Shown: piece by piece, positions 25,355 to 37,504 of the stretch
Layout of the letters: each line of letters opens with the position of its first letter
Position numbering within the stretch: position 1 is the first letter of the stretch
Origin: Octopus bimaculoides
Lineage: Eukaryota
Length of the DNA: 56,316 bases
Assembly: GCF_001194135.2 (NCBI RefSeq)
Contig: NC_068983.1
Location: forward strand, 165,971,878-166,028,193
Reading direction: 5' to 3'
Notes under the pieces: generated by a model
Databases searched by the model: none
Told to the model about the DNA's origin: nothing
What the model saw: the letters and a program-made list of their open reading frames with translations, nothing else
Program-made: the position numbers and the translations under genes

Positions 25355-26200
25355 ATGATTATTTGGCTACTTTGGAAGTCAAACATTTCCGTCATGAGAA
25401 TCTTACTTTCATAAAGACTTACCTTGATCTGAAAAAATGGGAAAATAAGAAGAATTTTTCAATAAGCTTACGTGTAGCTGAAAAATACCCCGTTATTATT
25501 CCTGGTCAGCCTGTCTTTGAAGTCCTTGAAATACCGCAGGAAGAAAAGGCAAATAGTTTAAGTGTTTGTTCTCACACTGGGACCCTTGCTGTTGCTTGTC
25601 ACAAAAAAGTTAACCTTTATATGGTCCAAGAAAAATATTCTGCTGAATGTTCACGCTCTTACAAAGACATTGTTCATATTTTAATTATCAACTGGGGACA
25701 CTTCGTTAGCAAAGTGGTCATCAATGAAAGTTTCATAGCCTTAATGTCCAACCGCTACGCTCATGTTCTCAAGTTGAATTTTTATAATGGCTTTCGAAAA
25801 GTGGGCCTTCATATGAGTAATCCAGCTTCACAGGCAAGCTCAGATGCGAACCAACCGAAGGCTTCAAGTTCCTGCTTTGAGTCAACAGAATTAATTGCAG
25901 GCGATTTCGAAAATACTTCCTCACCCCCATCTTTGTCGTCTAATGAATTACTCTTGCCCTCTGATAGCAGTTCTATTGTGAATATCAAAAACGATGAATC
26001 ATATACCCAATGGGTTTTCAGCTCAGATCAACGTGGAAGTAGAAAGAAACGTAGGAGCTTTGGACAAGGAACTCGTAATATCGCTGAAATAGCTAATGTT
26101 GCAATAACTCCAGACACAATTTATCTTCCCAAACTCCATGGAAATAGTGGAATTAATGGCTCAACCAAATCGTTGCCTAAAGTTATGGTTCAAGTCAAAG
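25355..26200 (+). CDS. HPS3: HPS3 exon 2 (846 nt, includes a Ser-rich segment)
   Basis: DDYLATLEVKH...VLEIPQEEKANSLSVCSHTGTLAVAC... matches HPS3 motifs ([35 protein letters not shown]). ttccag| acceptor, AAAG|gtaac donor; phase 1-1; longest real ORF in the window. Confidence 0.92.
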
Positions 26201-26947
26201 GTAACTATTGTTTCTTCTTTCATAATTTTTACCATTAATAATTCTATATGAACATAATTATATTTTGTAAGATTCTTTTTCTAGTTTATCAAGAAGTTGA
26301 TTCTGTTTTCTAGATTTTCTTCTTGAATCCAGAATGGTCTTAGTTACAAGCCCCATGACTAAGTTTATAAGGTATCCGTCCTCTTTCTGATCAATCAAGA
26401 ATTCAAACCAGCAATGGGTTCCTTGGTATTTCTGGCAGGAACACTTTATTTCCCATTGTCTTACTTCATCTATTTGTCAGGAATAGTTCCCAGATTTATC
26501 ATGGAATGTTATTGTGATAGACTGGAATGCTATCCAGGGGCAGATTTATCTCTCATTTTCTTCTTGCCATAAAATTAGAGCTGAACCTCAATCCTTGCAA
26601 ACTGTTCAGCTTGTCAAGGGCTCTTCCATTCCCCTTTTACAAAATTTAATCCTTTTCTGTCAAGTAGCTCAGTTTTTGTATTTCTCATCTTTTAGAATCA
26701 TTTCCACTCTCTCTCTCCTCTTTTACTCAAATTTCTCTAATTTCTTTTTAGATTTTTATCTCTTATTTTCCATTTTTCTATTTTTCCAGTTTTTTGGATT
26801 CTTCTGTTTCTAATGTTCTAAATTTATTTTTGTCCTTTATGTTCATTTCTGCTTTTTTATGTCTATCTATTCATTCCAGCAGATTCAAATGTAATCCTAT
26901 TGTTTACCCTCAGAAAACACTGCCTCCCATTGTCTCCTTACGCTGGG

Positions 26948-27307
26948 GAATCTTGTGTGTTATGAACACACATCATACAAAGGGAGGAGATGTTCTGATG
27001 GCGAAAACCAACATTAATCAGATATTCATGTTTGAATTTTTACCAGGATGTTCTAAGAATGAATAGAAACATCATTGTTTGGATTCTCACTGTTCTGTGT
27101 GTACCCCATGAATTATTATGTTTGGCAGAGATCAACAAATAATTTGTTTGCTGAATTCTATGAACAAGACCTTGTCCTTTTGTGTTAGATTCATTTGCCT
27201 GGGAGGATAACTTTGACTGAGGAGACGTACAATAAGGTTGAAACACTAGGGAATTGCATGTTATTTAAAGAGAAGAAATGTTCTCTGATGACAAAAATCA
27301 ACATTAA
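26948..27307 (+). ncRNA. Second retrozyme-like copy (hammerhead 3' half deleted)
   Basis: actttga-CTGAGGA-gac-gtacaataag-gtt-GAAA-cac at 27210-27246; aligns with the reverse complement of 49130-49450; terminal repeats 290 nt apart. Confidence 0.65.
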
Positions 27308-27439
27308 ATAATAATAATAATAATAATAATGGTGCTCAGGTGCACAATAACTTACCAAAGGTACATATACAGTACATAGAATTATGTACAAAAGTCAGGA
27401 GAGTGAACTGTGCACGAGTCATGATATACATGTGTGCAT

Positions 27440-27765
27440 GGAGGTGGGTGGATATCAGGTGTAGTGTTGGTGAATATCAGGGAGCATGGAGGTTTTAAAG
27501 GATGCAATGTCTTGGCAACTAACAACTGATGCAGGTAGTTTGTTCCATGCTTCAGCAACTCTGAGTGTGAAAAAATGTTTCTGAAAGTCATGGGAGCTGT
27601 GCTGTTTCCTGACTTTGTAGGCATGCCCACATGTGTTAGAGACACATGGAGCTCAAAAAGGTGCTCAAGGTGATTGTTGGCACGATGGTTAATAATTTTG
27701 TGGGTGTTTACCAAGTCAGTTGCCAGGCGTTGGAGCTTCAATGTATCCATGCCCAGAGTATGGTA
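27440..27765 (-). mobile_element. CR1-clade LINE 3' end
   Basis: With one frameshift: LQRLATDLVNTHKII...RGHAYKVRKQHS...HFFTLRVAEAWNKLPASVV..SFK, the classic CR1 C-terminal motif. Confidence 0.8.
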
Positions 27766-29008
27766 GATGCCTAATGGAAGGTATTTGTTTGAATTGGCCA
27801 GGATGTGTTAAGAATAAGTTGATACATCATTGTTTGGATTCTTACTGTATCAGGTGCACCTCATGAATTATCAGGTATTAACTTATAATGTATAATGATA
27901 ATCTACTTGCTGTGATATGTGTTTTAGTGTTAAGCTTTCAGCAAACTTGATAATCGATCAGAATCAAAGACCTGGCCAAAACCTCATGAAACAGGGTCCT
28001 GAATGTCTTAACGTTCCTTAAAAATAGTTTTTCTAAAATTATACAAAACAAATAAAATGTGTACAAAATGGTGAAACACCAGCTTCTGGGTGTGGGTGAC
28101 ACCTCACTGCTAGCCTTTCATGGAATCTCTTCTTGCTTGCAGTTATTATTTAACCCCAGGTCAGTTTACTTCCTTCTCTACTTAACTGCGGTATGGGTAT
28201 TAATGTTTTTTTTTTGACACTTTTACTTGTTTCAGTCACTGGTATGTGACCATACTGGAGCACCACCTTGTAGGATTTAGTCAAACAAATTGACCTTGCT
28301 ACTTCCTTTTTTAAATCAAGTATTTTAGTTTGTCAATCTCTTTTGCCAAGCCATTAGGTTAAGAAGATGTAAACAAACCAATGTTGGTTTGTTTACATCT
28401 AAAGTGGTAAGGGGACTAGGACAATCTCTCTCTCTCTCTCTCTGTCACATATGCATGTCTCACAGTTTCTGTCTACCAAATTCACTGATAAAGCACTGGT
28501 TGACCCTGAGCTCTAAAAAATACTTCTCTATGGTGCAGTGGGACTGAACCAAAACCATCTGGATATAAAGTAAGCCTCTTAACCACACAGCCATGGCCCT
28601 GCCTCCGCTATTGAAATTCTCGTCATATCCAGGGCAGATATTTATATCTTATCTCTTCAATTCCTCAGAAATTGAACTTTAGCATGCTAATTATTGGTCT
28701 TTCTCGTTATAGATAAACTTTTAATTAAACAGCTTTGATGTGAGTAAACAACAGCACAAACAGGACAGGGAAACAAATTATTCTTTTATTAATTAAAGAG
28801 GAAGTGAATAATTTTTGAATTTGAAACAATTAATTGGTGCATGCATGGCTGTGTAGTTAAGCAGTTTGCTTTCCAACCATATGGTTTAAGGTTCAGTCCT
28901 ACTGTGTGGCACCTTGGGCTAGTCTTCTGCTGTACCCCTGGGCTGACGAAGCCTTGTCAATAGATTTGGTAGACAGAAACTGAAAGGAGCCTGTTATGTG
29001 TGTATGAA

Positions 29009-29342
29009 GGCGCATGGCTCAGTTGTTAGGGCGTTGAGCTTACAATTGTGAGGTTGTGAGTTCAATACCCGGACTGGACTGTGTGTTGTGTTCTTAAGCA
29101 AGACACTTTATTTCACGTTGCTCCAGTTCACTCAACTGTAGAAATCAGTTGTGACATAACAGGTGCCAAGCTGTATCGGGCCCCTTTGCCTTTCCGTTGG
29201 ATAACACTGGTGGTGTGAAGAGGGGAGGCTGGTTTGCATGGGCAACTGCTGGCCTTCTATAAACAACCTTGCCTGGACTTGTACCTGGGAGGATAACTTT
29301 CTAGGTGCAACCCCACGGTCAGGCATGACTGAAGGGGGTCTC
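29009..29342 (+). mobile_element. tRNA-derived SINE, family C
   Basis: GGCGCATGGCTCAGTTGTTAG...GAGTTCAATACCC tRNA-like head, then gcaagacactttatttcacgttgctccag; related copy at 33968-34215. Confidence 0.8.
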
Positions 29343-29343
29343 A

Positions 29344-29378
<35 letters not shown>

Positions 29379-29384
29379 CATACA

Positions 29385-29575
29385 TACAAGGGGGTGTTGA
29401 AAAGTTCCTGGCTTTGGGTAACAGAAAATACAGGAGGATCAGTTAATTATGATTTTATTCAATATATTCCCCTCTCAGATTCACACACTTATTGCAACGG
29501 TACTTAAGTTTTTCCAAGTCCTGTAAAAGAACATGGAAGGTTGGGCCTCCAACCAGGACTTTCATAATACCCTTA
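29385..29575. mobile_element. Mariner-type MITE
   Basis: TACAAGGGGGTGTTGAAAAGTTCCTGG... start and ...AACCAGGACTTTCATAATACCCTTA end form imperfect mariner-like TIRs. Confidence 0.65.
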
Positions 29576-29615
29576 AAGCCAGGAATGTGTGTGTGTGTGT
29601 ATATATATATACATA

Positions 29616-30000
29616 TTGGGCCTCACGGAAGCAAAGTGGCTGAGTTCCTTTTGAGCATTGAGTCTCATGGAAGCAAAGTGACTGAGTTACTTTTGAATGT
29701 TGGGCCTCATGGAAGCAATGACCAAGACCTTTGGCATTATGTCATGCTTGAGAAGAAGACCCATCAAGCCAAGTGAAATTGTAGTCTTTGCAGATACTGG
29801 TGTCATGCAAATGGCACCCATGCCAGTGGCACATAAAAGCACCCATTACACTCTCAAAGTGGTTGGCATTAGGAAGGGCATCCAGCCATAGAAATCATGC
29901 CAAATCAGTGGAGTCTGTTGCAGCTCCCCAGTTTACCAGCCCTGGTCAAACTGGCCAACCCATGCCAGTATGGACAATGGACGTTAAATGATGATGATTG
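29616..30000 (+). mobile_element. RTE-clade LINE 3' end (ORF tail, 3'UTR, GAT tail)
   Basis: GLMEAMT..DLWHYVMLEKKTHQAK* ORF end joined to the ccaacccatgccag...gacgttaaatgatgatg tail seen many times in the window. Confidence 0.75.
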
Positions 30001-31725
30001 ATGTGTGTGTGTGTGTGTGTTAATGTCCCTGTATCTCAGCATTGCATGATAATTGTAAATGAGCATCTTCAATAGAAACACGTTTGACTATGGGTAAATA
30101 TTAGCTTCCTTGAAAACAGTTACGGGTTGGTGATGGGAAGAGCATCCAGATGTGGAATATAAACTCTGACTACTTCAATAAACTCTGTCTGACTCATGCA
30201 AACATTGAAAAGTGGTCATTAAAATGATGATGATGATGAAGTAAAGTATTTCTGTATGAAAGTGTCACTGTCTTTTTTTCACTTGTAATAATAAATTAAG
30301 ATTTTATTATAAATCAATTATGAATTATCATATTTTTAACTCATAATAATCAATAGCCTAATTATTTATTATTAGGAAAGTAAAGTTAAATCTAGAATTT
30401 CACAGATTGTTCAAGGGATAAACAAGGACAGAAAGCAAAAATTAAGAAGGAAAAAAACCAAAGATTCTTCCTTCTTTTTTGTTCATTTTTTTATGTGTAT
30501 TTTATTTTGTGTTTCATGCCAGCATGAGTGCATCATCATCATCATCATCATCATCGTTATTTAATGTCTGCTTTAGATGCTGGCATGGGTTGGATGGTTT
30601 GACTGAGGACTAGCAAGCCAGGAGGCTGCAGCAGGGTCCAATCTGATCTGGCAAAATGTCTACAGTTGGATGCCCTTCCTAACGCCAACCACTCAGCAGA
30701 GTGCCGTGGGTGCTTCAAGAATATATTATTGAAGTATTGTTCCCTAACCAGATCCTCTTCCTGTCACTAAACTTTACTGATTTTTCAAGTCAAGGGATCT
30801 CTCATTTGACAGGGCTTTAAAGAAATGGAATGAGTGGACGATTTGTTGATGAAAGAAATGGCAACATTTGACATTCTTCCTAGTTTGTCACTTTGAAAGA
30901 GTGCAGATATAAACAGACACATGAACATGCATATATACATATATAAACATATGTGTGTGTGTATGTATGTATATATATATATATAAATATCATCATTGAC
31001 ATTTAATGTTCGTTTTCCATGCTGGCATGGGTTGGCTGGCTTGGCAGGAACTGGGGTTGCACCAGGTTCCATAGTCTGTTTTGGCTTCATATCTATAACT
31101 GGGTGCCTTTCTTAATGCCAACCACTCCACAGAATGGTTTTTACCTGGCATTGGCATCCACACCAATTCTTTTTATATAGCATCTTGGTTTGAGGATATC
31201 AATTCTGTTGTGGTGAGCAGGTCTTCTTGGGTACAGCAATGCACCACATATCTCAATGTTTTGTCATCTCCTTCGAAAGGCTCAGCATTTTGAGATCGGC
31301 CTTCAGTACTTTGTTCCATGTCTTCCTGGGTCTCCCCCTTCCACGGCTCCCTCCATCTCAAGTGATTGGCACTTCTTTATGCAAATGTTCCCATTCACCC
31401 ATATCACATGACCAAACCAACCCAGTCTCCTCTCTTGCACACTGCATATAATTCCTCTTATGCTCAACTTTCAGTGCACCAATACTCTGTTGCACATGCA
31501 CATTAACAGTGCACATCCGGTGGAGCATACCAGCTTCATTCCTCTCCAGCCTTTACATGTCCTCCACGTTCTGGGTTCATGTCTCACTACCATGCAGCAT
31601 CACAGTTCATATACATACATCTTGTAAAAGTCAAAGACTTCTCCATTTTACCGAAACATTAAACTTATGCACCTGCTTGTTGTTCCTACACCTGTCTTCG
31701 TCTTTTGCTTTCTGTAAATTTTAAC

Positions 31726-31769
<44 letters not shown>

Positions 31770-32400
31770 GAGCAGAACCCTTCATTTCACATTGCGCTCT
31801 AGTCCACTTCGCTGGTGAAAATGAGTAACCCTGTGAGGGACTGGTGTCCCATCCAGGGAGGAATATATTCACACCAGAGAAACTGAGGAAACTGGCCCTG
31901 TGCTCCTTACAGAATAATGTGGATTAACCAAAATCAATTATACTATTAATTCCATTACATGACTGACACCTCATGTTATTGACCTTGGTGGGATATGAAC
32001 TCAGAATGGAAAAAACTATAACCAAATACCACAAGGTATTTGCTTTAATGCTGTAATAATTCTGTCACTCCAACAATGACAGAGTTATGATAATGGTTTC
32101 AAATCTAGGCTTTGATCATATTGGGGCTATGCCACACTAGGACTGACCCCAAGACCACATGCTCAGGAAGCAAGCTTCTTAATGGTTTCTAATTTAGATC
32201 CCAGACCTAAATTAGTTTTGAAGGAAGAGCTCATCATTACCCCATTGACCCCAGCACTTGACTGGTACTTTATTTTATCAACCCCCATCCTTCACAGAGA
32301 GATGAAAGGCAAAATGTTGGATTTGAACACAGAATATAGAACCAGAAGAAATGCAACATTTCTTTGTTCTGCACTCTAACAATTCTGCCAGCTCACCACC

Positions 32401-32441
<41 letters not shown>

Positions 32442-32442
<1 letters not shown>

Positions 32443-33075
32443 GCTGCCCAGTCCTGGCTAAGAAGGAATATATTCACAGACACGACAGAGTTGGGACCTA
32501 TATACATTGGGAGCTATGCCAACACTATGGAATAGCAACAGAAAAAAGATGGTATAGGTACATGCCAGAAAAGGTCACAGAAAACGAGAAAGCAACCATA
32601 CTCTGGGATATGCCAATACACACAGATAGAGAAATTAAGGCCAATATGCCAGATATAGTTATCAGAGATCATCAAGAAAAAAATTGCTTTCTAATTGCTG
32701 TATCAATACCAACAGATGACAACATTTCTCTAAAAAAAATGGAGAAACTTTCAAAATACAAAGACCTGGAAATAGAGGTAACTTGAATGTCGAGTCTAAA
32801 ACTAGAAACAATTCCTATCATAGCCACATTAGGTACGGTAAAAAAATATTCAAACAAATACATAAGAAAAACACCAGGACTAACAAGTATATATAACGTA
32901 CAAAAAATAACACTACTAGGCACTGCACACATCCAACAAAAAACGCTTTCAATACAGTAACCATAAGAGCACCACAGCAAACCACAGCACATACCCAAGG
33001 CACACAGAGCTGTGCTCGGTAGTGAAGTGAAAGCATGTGATAAAAATAAGACTTCTGAATGATAATAATAATAAT
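32442..33075 (+). mobile_element. 5'-truncated Dong/R4-type non-LTR retrotransposon (restriction-like endonuclease)
   Basis: CPVLAKKEYIHRHDRVG..IHWELC..YG...ILWDMPIHTDREIKAN.PDIVIRD...KLSKYKDL, one internal stop (32784-32786), ORF end 32960; (AAT)n on both sides. Confidence 0.88.
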
Positions 33076-33360
33076 AATTTGTTGTCACCAAACCTCAAGA
33101 TAAAATGCCTGCTAACTAAATGATCGTGTAATAGGTAATAATAACAAAAATGCAAATTATTTCAAGTGTAGGTACGAGACTGAAATTTGGTGGAAGGGTT
33201 CTTAAAATAGAAATATTTGAGACTTTGATCTTCTGATTCATTTGTATGACTTATCACCTGTTAATCATCTGGAGTTAATTNNNNNNNNNNNNNNNNNTGT
33301 TCACTGACTAATCAATAAAAGGTTTAATATTTATTTATTCAATCTTTTCTTCTTTTGCAG

Positions 33361-33468
33361 ATCAAAGTGTTTTTGTAAATGGAAAAATTAAAGCTGACAC
33401 ATTACTTTATAAGATTGGTTTACCTGATATTTCATGGAGACATATGCAGTTGCTATGTATATACTCAG
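33361..33468 (+). CDS. HPS3: HPS3 exon 3
   Basis: DQSVFVNGKIKADTLLYKIGLPDISWRHMQLLCIYS (cf. LLYRRFAPD...SLQLLPIY); ttgcag| and |gtaagt; phase 1-1. Confidence 0.85.
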
Positions 33469-33494
33469 GTAAGTATCAATAATTACGTTGGTCA

Positions 33495-33710
33495 GGTGGT
33501 GGTGAGCTGGCAGAGAACGTTAGCAGGCCGGGCGAAATGCTTAGCAGTATTTCTTCTGCCGTTACGTTCTGAGTTCAAATTCTGCCAAGGTTGACTTTGC
33601 CTTTCATTCTTTTGGGGACGATAAATTAAGTACCAGTCATGTACTGGGGTCGATCTAATCGACTGGCCCCCTCCCCCAAAATTTCGTGCCTTGTGCCTAG
33701 AGTAGAAAAC
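33495..33710 (+). mobile_element. SINE family B (GGTGAGCTGGCAGAA head)
   Basis: Head GGTGGTGAGCTGGCAGA, B-box-like GAGTTCAAATTC, body gactttgcctttcat. Copies near 10635-10840(-), 14775-14950(+), 16416-16632(+), 32185-32402(-), 40455-40680(-), 54408-54622(+), 54770-54966(-). Confidence 0.85.
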
Positions 33711-34810
33711 AATAATTATGTTGCTTGGGCACTTTCCCGTCTCCCTGATTATCTCCCTTTGTTTATGAAATGCAAAATCCTGATACACCACCAAAACACC
33801 AAACAAAAAACAACAACATGCAGACATAGCACTGCTGTTTAGAAGCTTGCTTCCTGACCGTGTGGTCTTCGGATCAGTCCTACTGCATGCCATTTTGTGC
33901 ACGGGTCATTCTTGCATAGAACCAATACGATCAAAGCCTTGTCGTGATTTTGGTATATATAAAAAGTGGGGGCATGTGGTTGAGTGGTTAGGAGCGTTGG
34001 ACTCATGATTGTAAGATTATGGTTTCGATTCCTGGACCAGGCGATGCATTGTATCCTTGAGCAAAACACTTCATTTCACGTTGCTCCAGTCTACTCAACT
34101 GGCAAAAATGAGTAATTCTGCAATGGACCTGTGTCCCATCCAGGTGCGGAAGATATATGCCATGGGAACCGGGAAACTGGCCCTTATGAGCCTGGCATGG
34201 CTCGAGAAGTGGACATCTTTTTAATATAAAAGTAGATAAGAAGGAAAACAAAGAATTTGAACCTTCAGACTTTCTTCTTTAGAAGTGTGTGTGTGTGTGT
34301 GTGCAGCCTCCACAGTCTCTCTCCTGCACAAATTCATGTAGTTCCTCCCCTCAACCATTCTCATTGAATAAGACCCACTTACACCTCTTCTAATCTTCAT
34401 AATCCCATTCTCAATACGCCTAATTTTTAGGAATGTCCAGAAAGCTCTTGCATCTTTCCTAATGAGATGCCTGCTAATAAACTTGATACTGAATTGGCTA
34501 ATGAGGACAAATTCAAACATTTAGTCAGTTGGGGTGTGCTTGGACCCCACCACCTGAAACCCTAAATCCAGCACCTCTTCATGGATGAGTAGGAATGCTA
34601 CACAAAGGCAGGTAATCTGGTTCCATCCATTTGTTTCCCCCAGTCTTTTCAAAGTAGGTGACCAAAATTATTGGCAGTTACACACACTTTTCTCTCTCTC
34701 TCTCTCTCTATTTCTCTCCCTTTCTCTCGTGTATATATATATATACATGGTTAAAAAAGTTTGCTTTCCTACCATATGTGTTATGTGTGTGTGTGTATAT
34801 GTATGCATAC

Positions 34811-34892
<82 letters not shown>

Positions 34893-34946
34893 NNNNNNNN
34901 NNNNNNNNNNNNNNNNNNNNNNNNNNNNNNNNNNNNNNNNNNGAGA

Positions 34947-35070
34947 TAGTCAGGATTTGGATAAAAACTATTTGCTAACTGCTTTTGTCCCTTTTAAGGA
35001 TTCATTATGAATGATGATGACTCCCTAAGAGGGACAAAAATGAATAGATTTTTAATCCGAATCCTGACTA
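34947..35070. repeat. 124-nt near-perfect palindrome (mini-MITE or hairpin)
   Basis: tagtcaggatttggataaaaa...ttttgtccc pairs with gggacaaaa...tttttaatccgaatcctgacta. Confidence 0.75.
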
Positions 35071-35565
35071 CTTCCTTTTTCTTAATATATAAAATCTATA
35101 TAACACTTCAAGCAAGATATATATATATATATATCATCACCATTGTCATTTAACGTCCGCTTTCCATGCTGGCATGGGTTGGACAGTTTGACTGAGGACT
35201 GGTGAAACCAAATGGCTGTACCAGGCTCCAGTCTGATCCGGCAAAGTTTCTACAGCTGGATGCCCTTCCGAGAGTGTAGTAGGTGCTTTTTATGCTCGAA
35301 TGGTGCCTTTTATGTGCCTCAGGTGGCACTAGCATTGGTCACGCTTGAATATATAAAGCATAAAGTCAGGCGATATGAGAGATGAAGACTTATTTATTTC
35401 ACCATGTGACTTCCAGAGAATTACAGCCATTTCACAACCATCTTCATGTAGCATTTATTTCAGTTTACAAAGAATTCTGCATCCCTTCTAATGTAAAGTC
35501 TTTCTATAATGAACTGTAAAAATTATCTTTGCAATGCTAGTTCTTTTTTTTTTTCTGCCCCCCAG

Positions 35566-35747
35566 CATCAGGACAAGGAACACCAAGTCAGTGTGACTCA
35601 GATTTTCCCCTACAATCCATTAAATGTGACCCCAAAATGGAAATGTTCTGTTACCTTGGTAATTCTCACGAAGGTCAGCTTTATTCTTTGTCTCCGCCCG
35701 CAGTTCAGATGCTTTCCTCCTACAAATATTCTTCTCCTGCTCTTCAG
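35566..35747 (+). CDS. HPS3: HPS3 exon 4
   Basis: ...KMEMFCYLGNSHEGQLYSLSPPAVQMLSSYKYSSPALQ (cf. LFCFFSLPHVGYLY...ELMSVYQYPEKSQQ); CAG|gtaag donor; phase 1-0. The acceptor could also be 35572. Confidence 0.85.
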
Positions 35748-37194
35748 GTAAGCCAAAATTCTTTGCATTTCAAACTTTGTTTTAACAATTTCTTTTGGCT
35801 GTGCGGTTAGGAAGCTTGCTTCCTAATCATGTGGTTTGGGTTCAGTTCCACTGCACAACATCTTGGACAAATGTCTTCTGTCCTGAGTCTTTTGAATGGA
35901 TTTTTTTTTAATGGAAATTGAAAGATGTCTATTGTATGTGTTGTATCATCATCATCATCATCATTTAATGTCTCTTTTCCATGCTGGCATGGGTTGGATG
36001 GTTTGACAGGAGGTGATAAGCTGGAGGGCTGCACCAGTTATCTGTTTTGGCATGGTTTCTACAACTGGATTCTCTTCCTAATGCCAACCACTTTACAGAG
36101 TGTATTGAGTGCTTTTAACATGGTGCTGGCTGAGGTGCTTTATATGTGGTGCTGGCACCATGTTTTTTTTATTTACATGGATTCAGCATGGGTACTTTTT
36201 TCTTTTATACGGCACTGATATATATAGATATAAACTGTGTGTTCATGCACAGCCTTGTCTTCACATCACGTGATGGTTGTACAGAAGCATCACACCAGCA
36301 TACAAGTAACGTTGCTCATTCCCAGTTCTCTGTGGAAAACATGCAATTCCACGAGGAAATATTACCTTGATTAGAAATATTGCATTTCTTGGTTGAAGGC
36401 TGGAGATAAGAAGAGCATCCTGCTGTAGAAATTCTTCAATGAATTCCATCTAGTCTATGCAATCATGAGAAAGTGAACATTAAAATTACAGTGAAAAATG
36501 CAATGGTGATTTCTCATGGTTTGGAAAGATCCAAGAATTGATATTCACCTGGAATCTCTTAACAGAGTTTAACTGTTTTCTTTCTAAGCAGACGAGAATA
36601 AATGAAAATAATTTTTCTCAGTGTAATCTTGTGTGTTTCCACATTTTCTCAGTTCTCAATCTGCAGCCATAGATTAGAAAGAGTTAACTAATCTAGATAA
36701 TCCACATAGGGGCTGGCTTGACTATGTGGTTAAGAAGCTCTCTTTGCAATCAAATAGTTTTGGGTTCAGTCCCACTGTGTGACACCTTCCACACAGGATT
36801 GAAAAATACAAACTAATTCAGTAAACTTCATCTCTAGAAAATGATACAGTTAAATATTTTTAACCCTTTCCATACCAACACCTTGTTCTGTTTACAGATG
36901 ACCCCTTGTTCACAGCATTTCCTCTAAGCTGTATGGTTGTGCTGGTTACTACACTTGCTGTTAAGATATAAACTTTCTAGTTTAGAGTAATCTAAAAACT
37001 TTCCATTAAAATTTGATGTTGATTCTTGTTCTAAACACCAGCTTAATTAATACTGACAAAGTTATTTCATTAAATTCTTCATTATTTTTGAAATTATTTG
37101 AAAGAAAGGCTGTGTATTTCCCCAGAAATTCTGTATCCCTGGGCCGACTAAAGGCTTTGTTAGTGAATCTGTTAGATAGAAGCCTATTATATAC

Positions 37195-37241
<47 letters not shown>

Positions 37242-37387
37242 TCTTACAAGTATTAAATCTGCCTATGCAATAAATAACAAACCTTAGGATATTTCACAAG
37301 TAATCTTTAAACTCGTTATTGTGTCCACAATAATTGAATAATGGAACTAAGAGGAGGAGATTGTTCATTTTGTTTTCTCTTTGACAG

Positions 37388-37504
37388 GCAGTCACAAGTC
37401 CGACAATGTTGTTTGTTGTCACAGACACAGGAGTAGAGACCTACACCTCTAGAGGAGCAGCTTTTTCTCTCTACCGAAGAAACCACTATGATAATATCCA
37501 GAAG
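37388..37504 (+). CDS. HPS3: HPS3 exon 5
   Basis: AVTSPTMLFVVTDTGVETYTSRGAAFSLYRRNHYDNIQK (cf. [22 protein letters not shown]); tgacag| and |gtaatt; phase 0-0. Confidence 0.88.

Noticed and set aside
35011-35067. C/D box snoRNA (ATGATGA...CTGA)
   Set aside because: The C-like box is in a GAT run inside the palindrome loop, and there is no terminal stem or recognisable guide.
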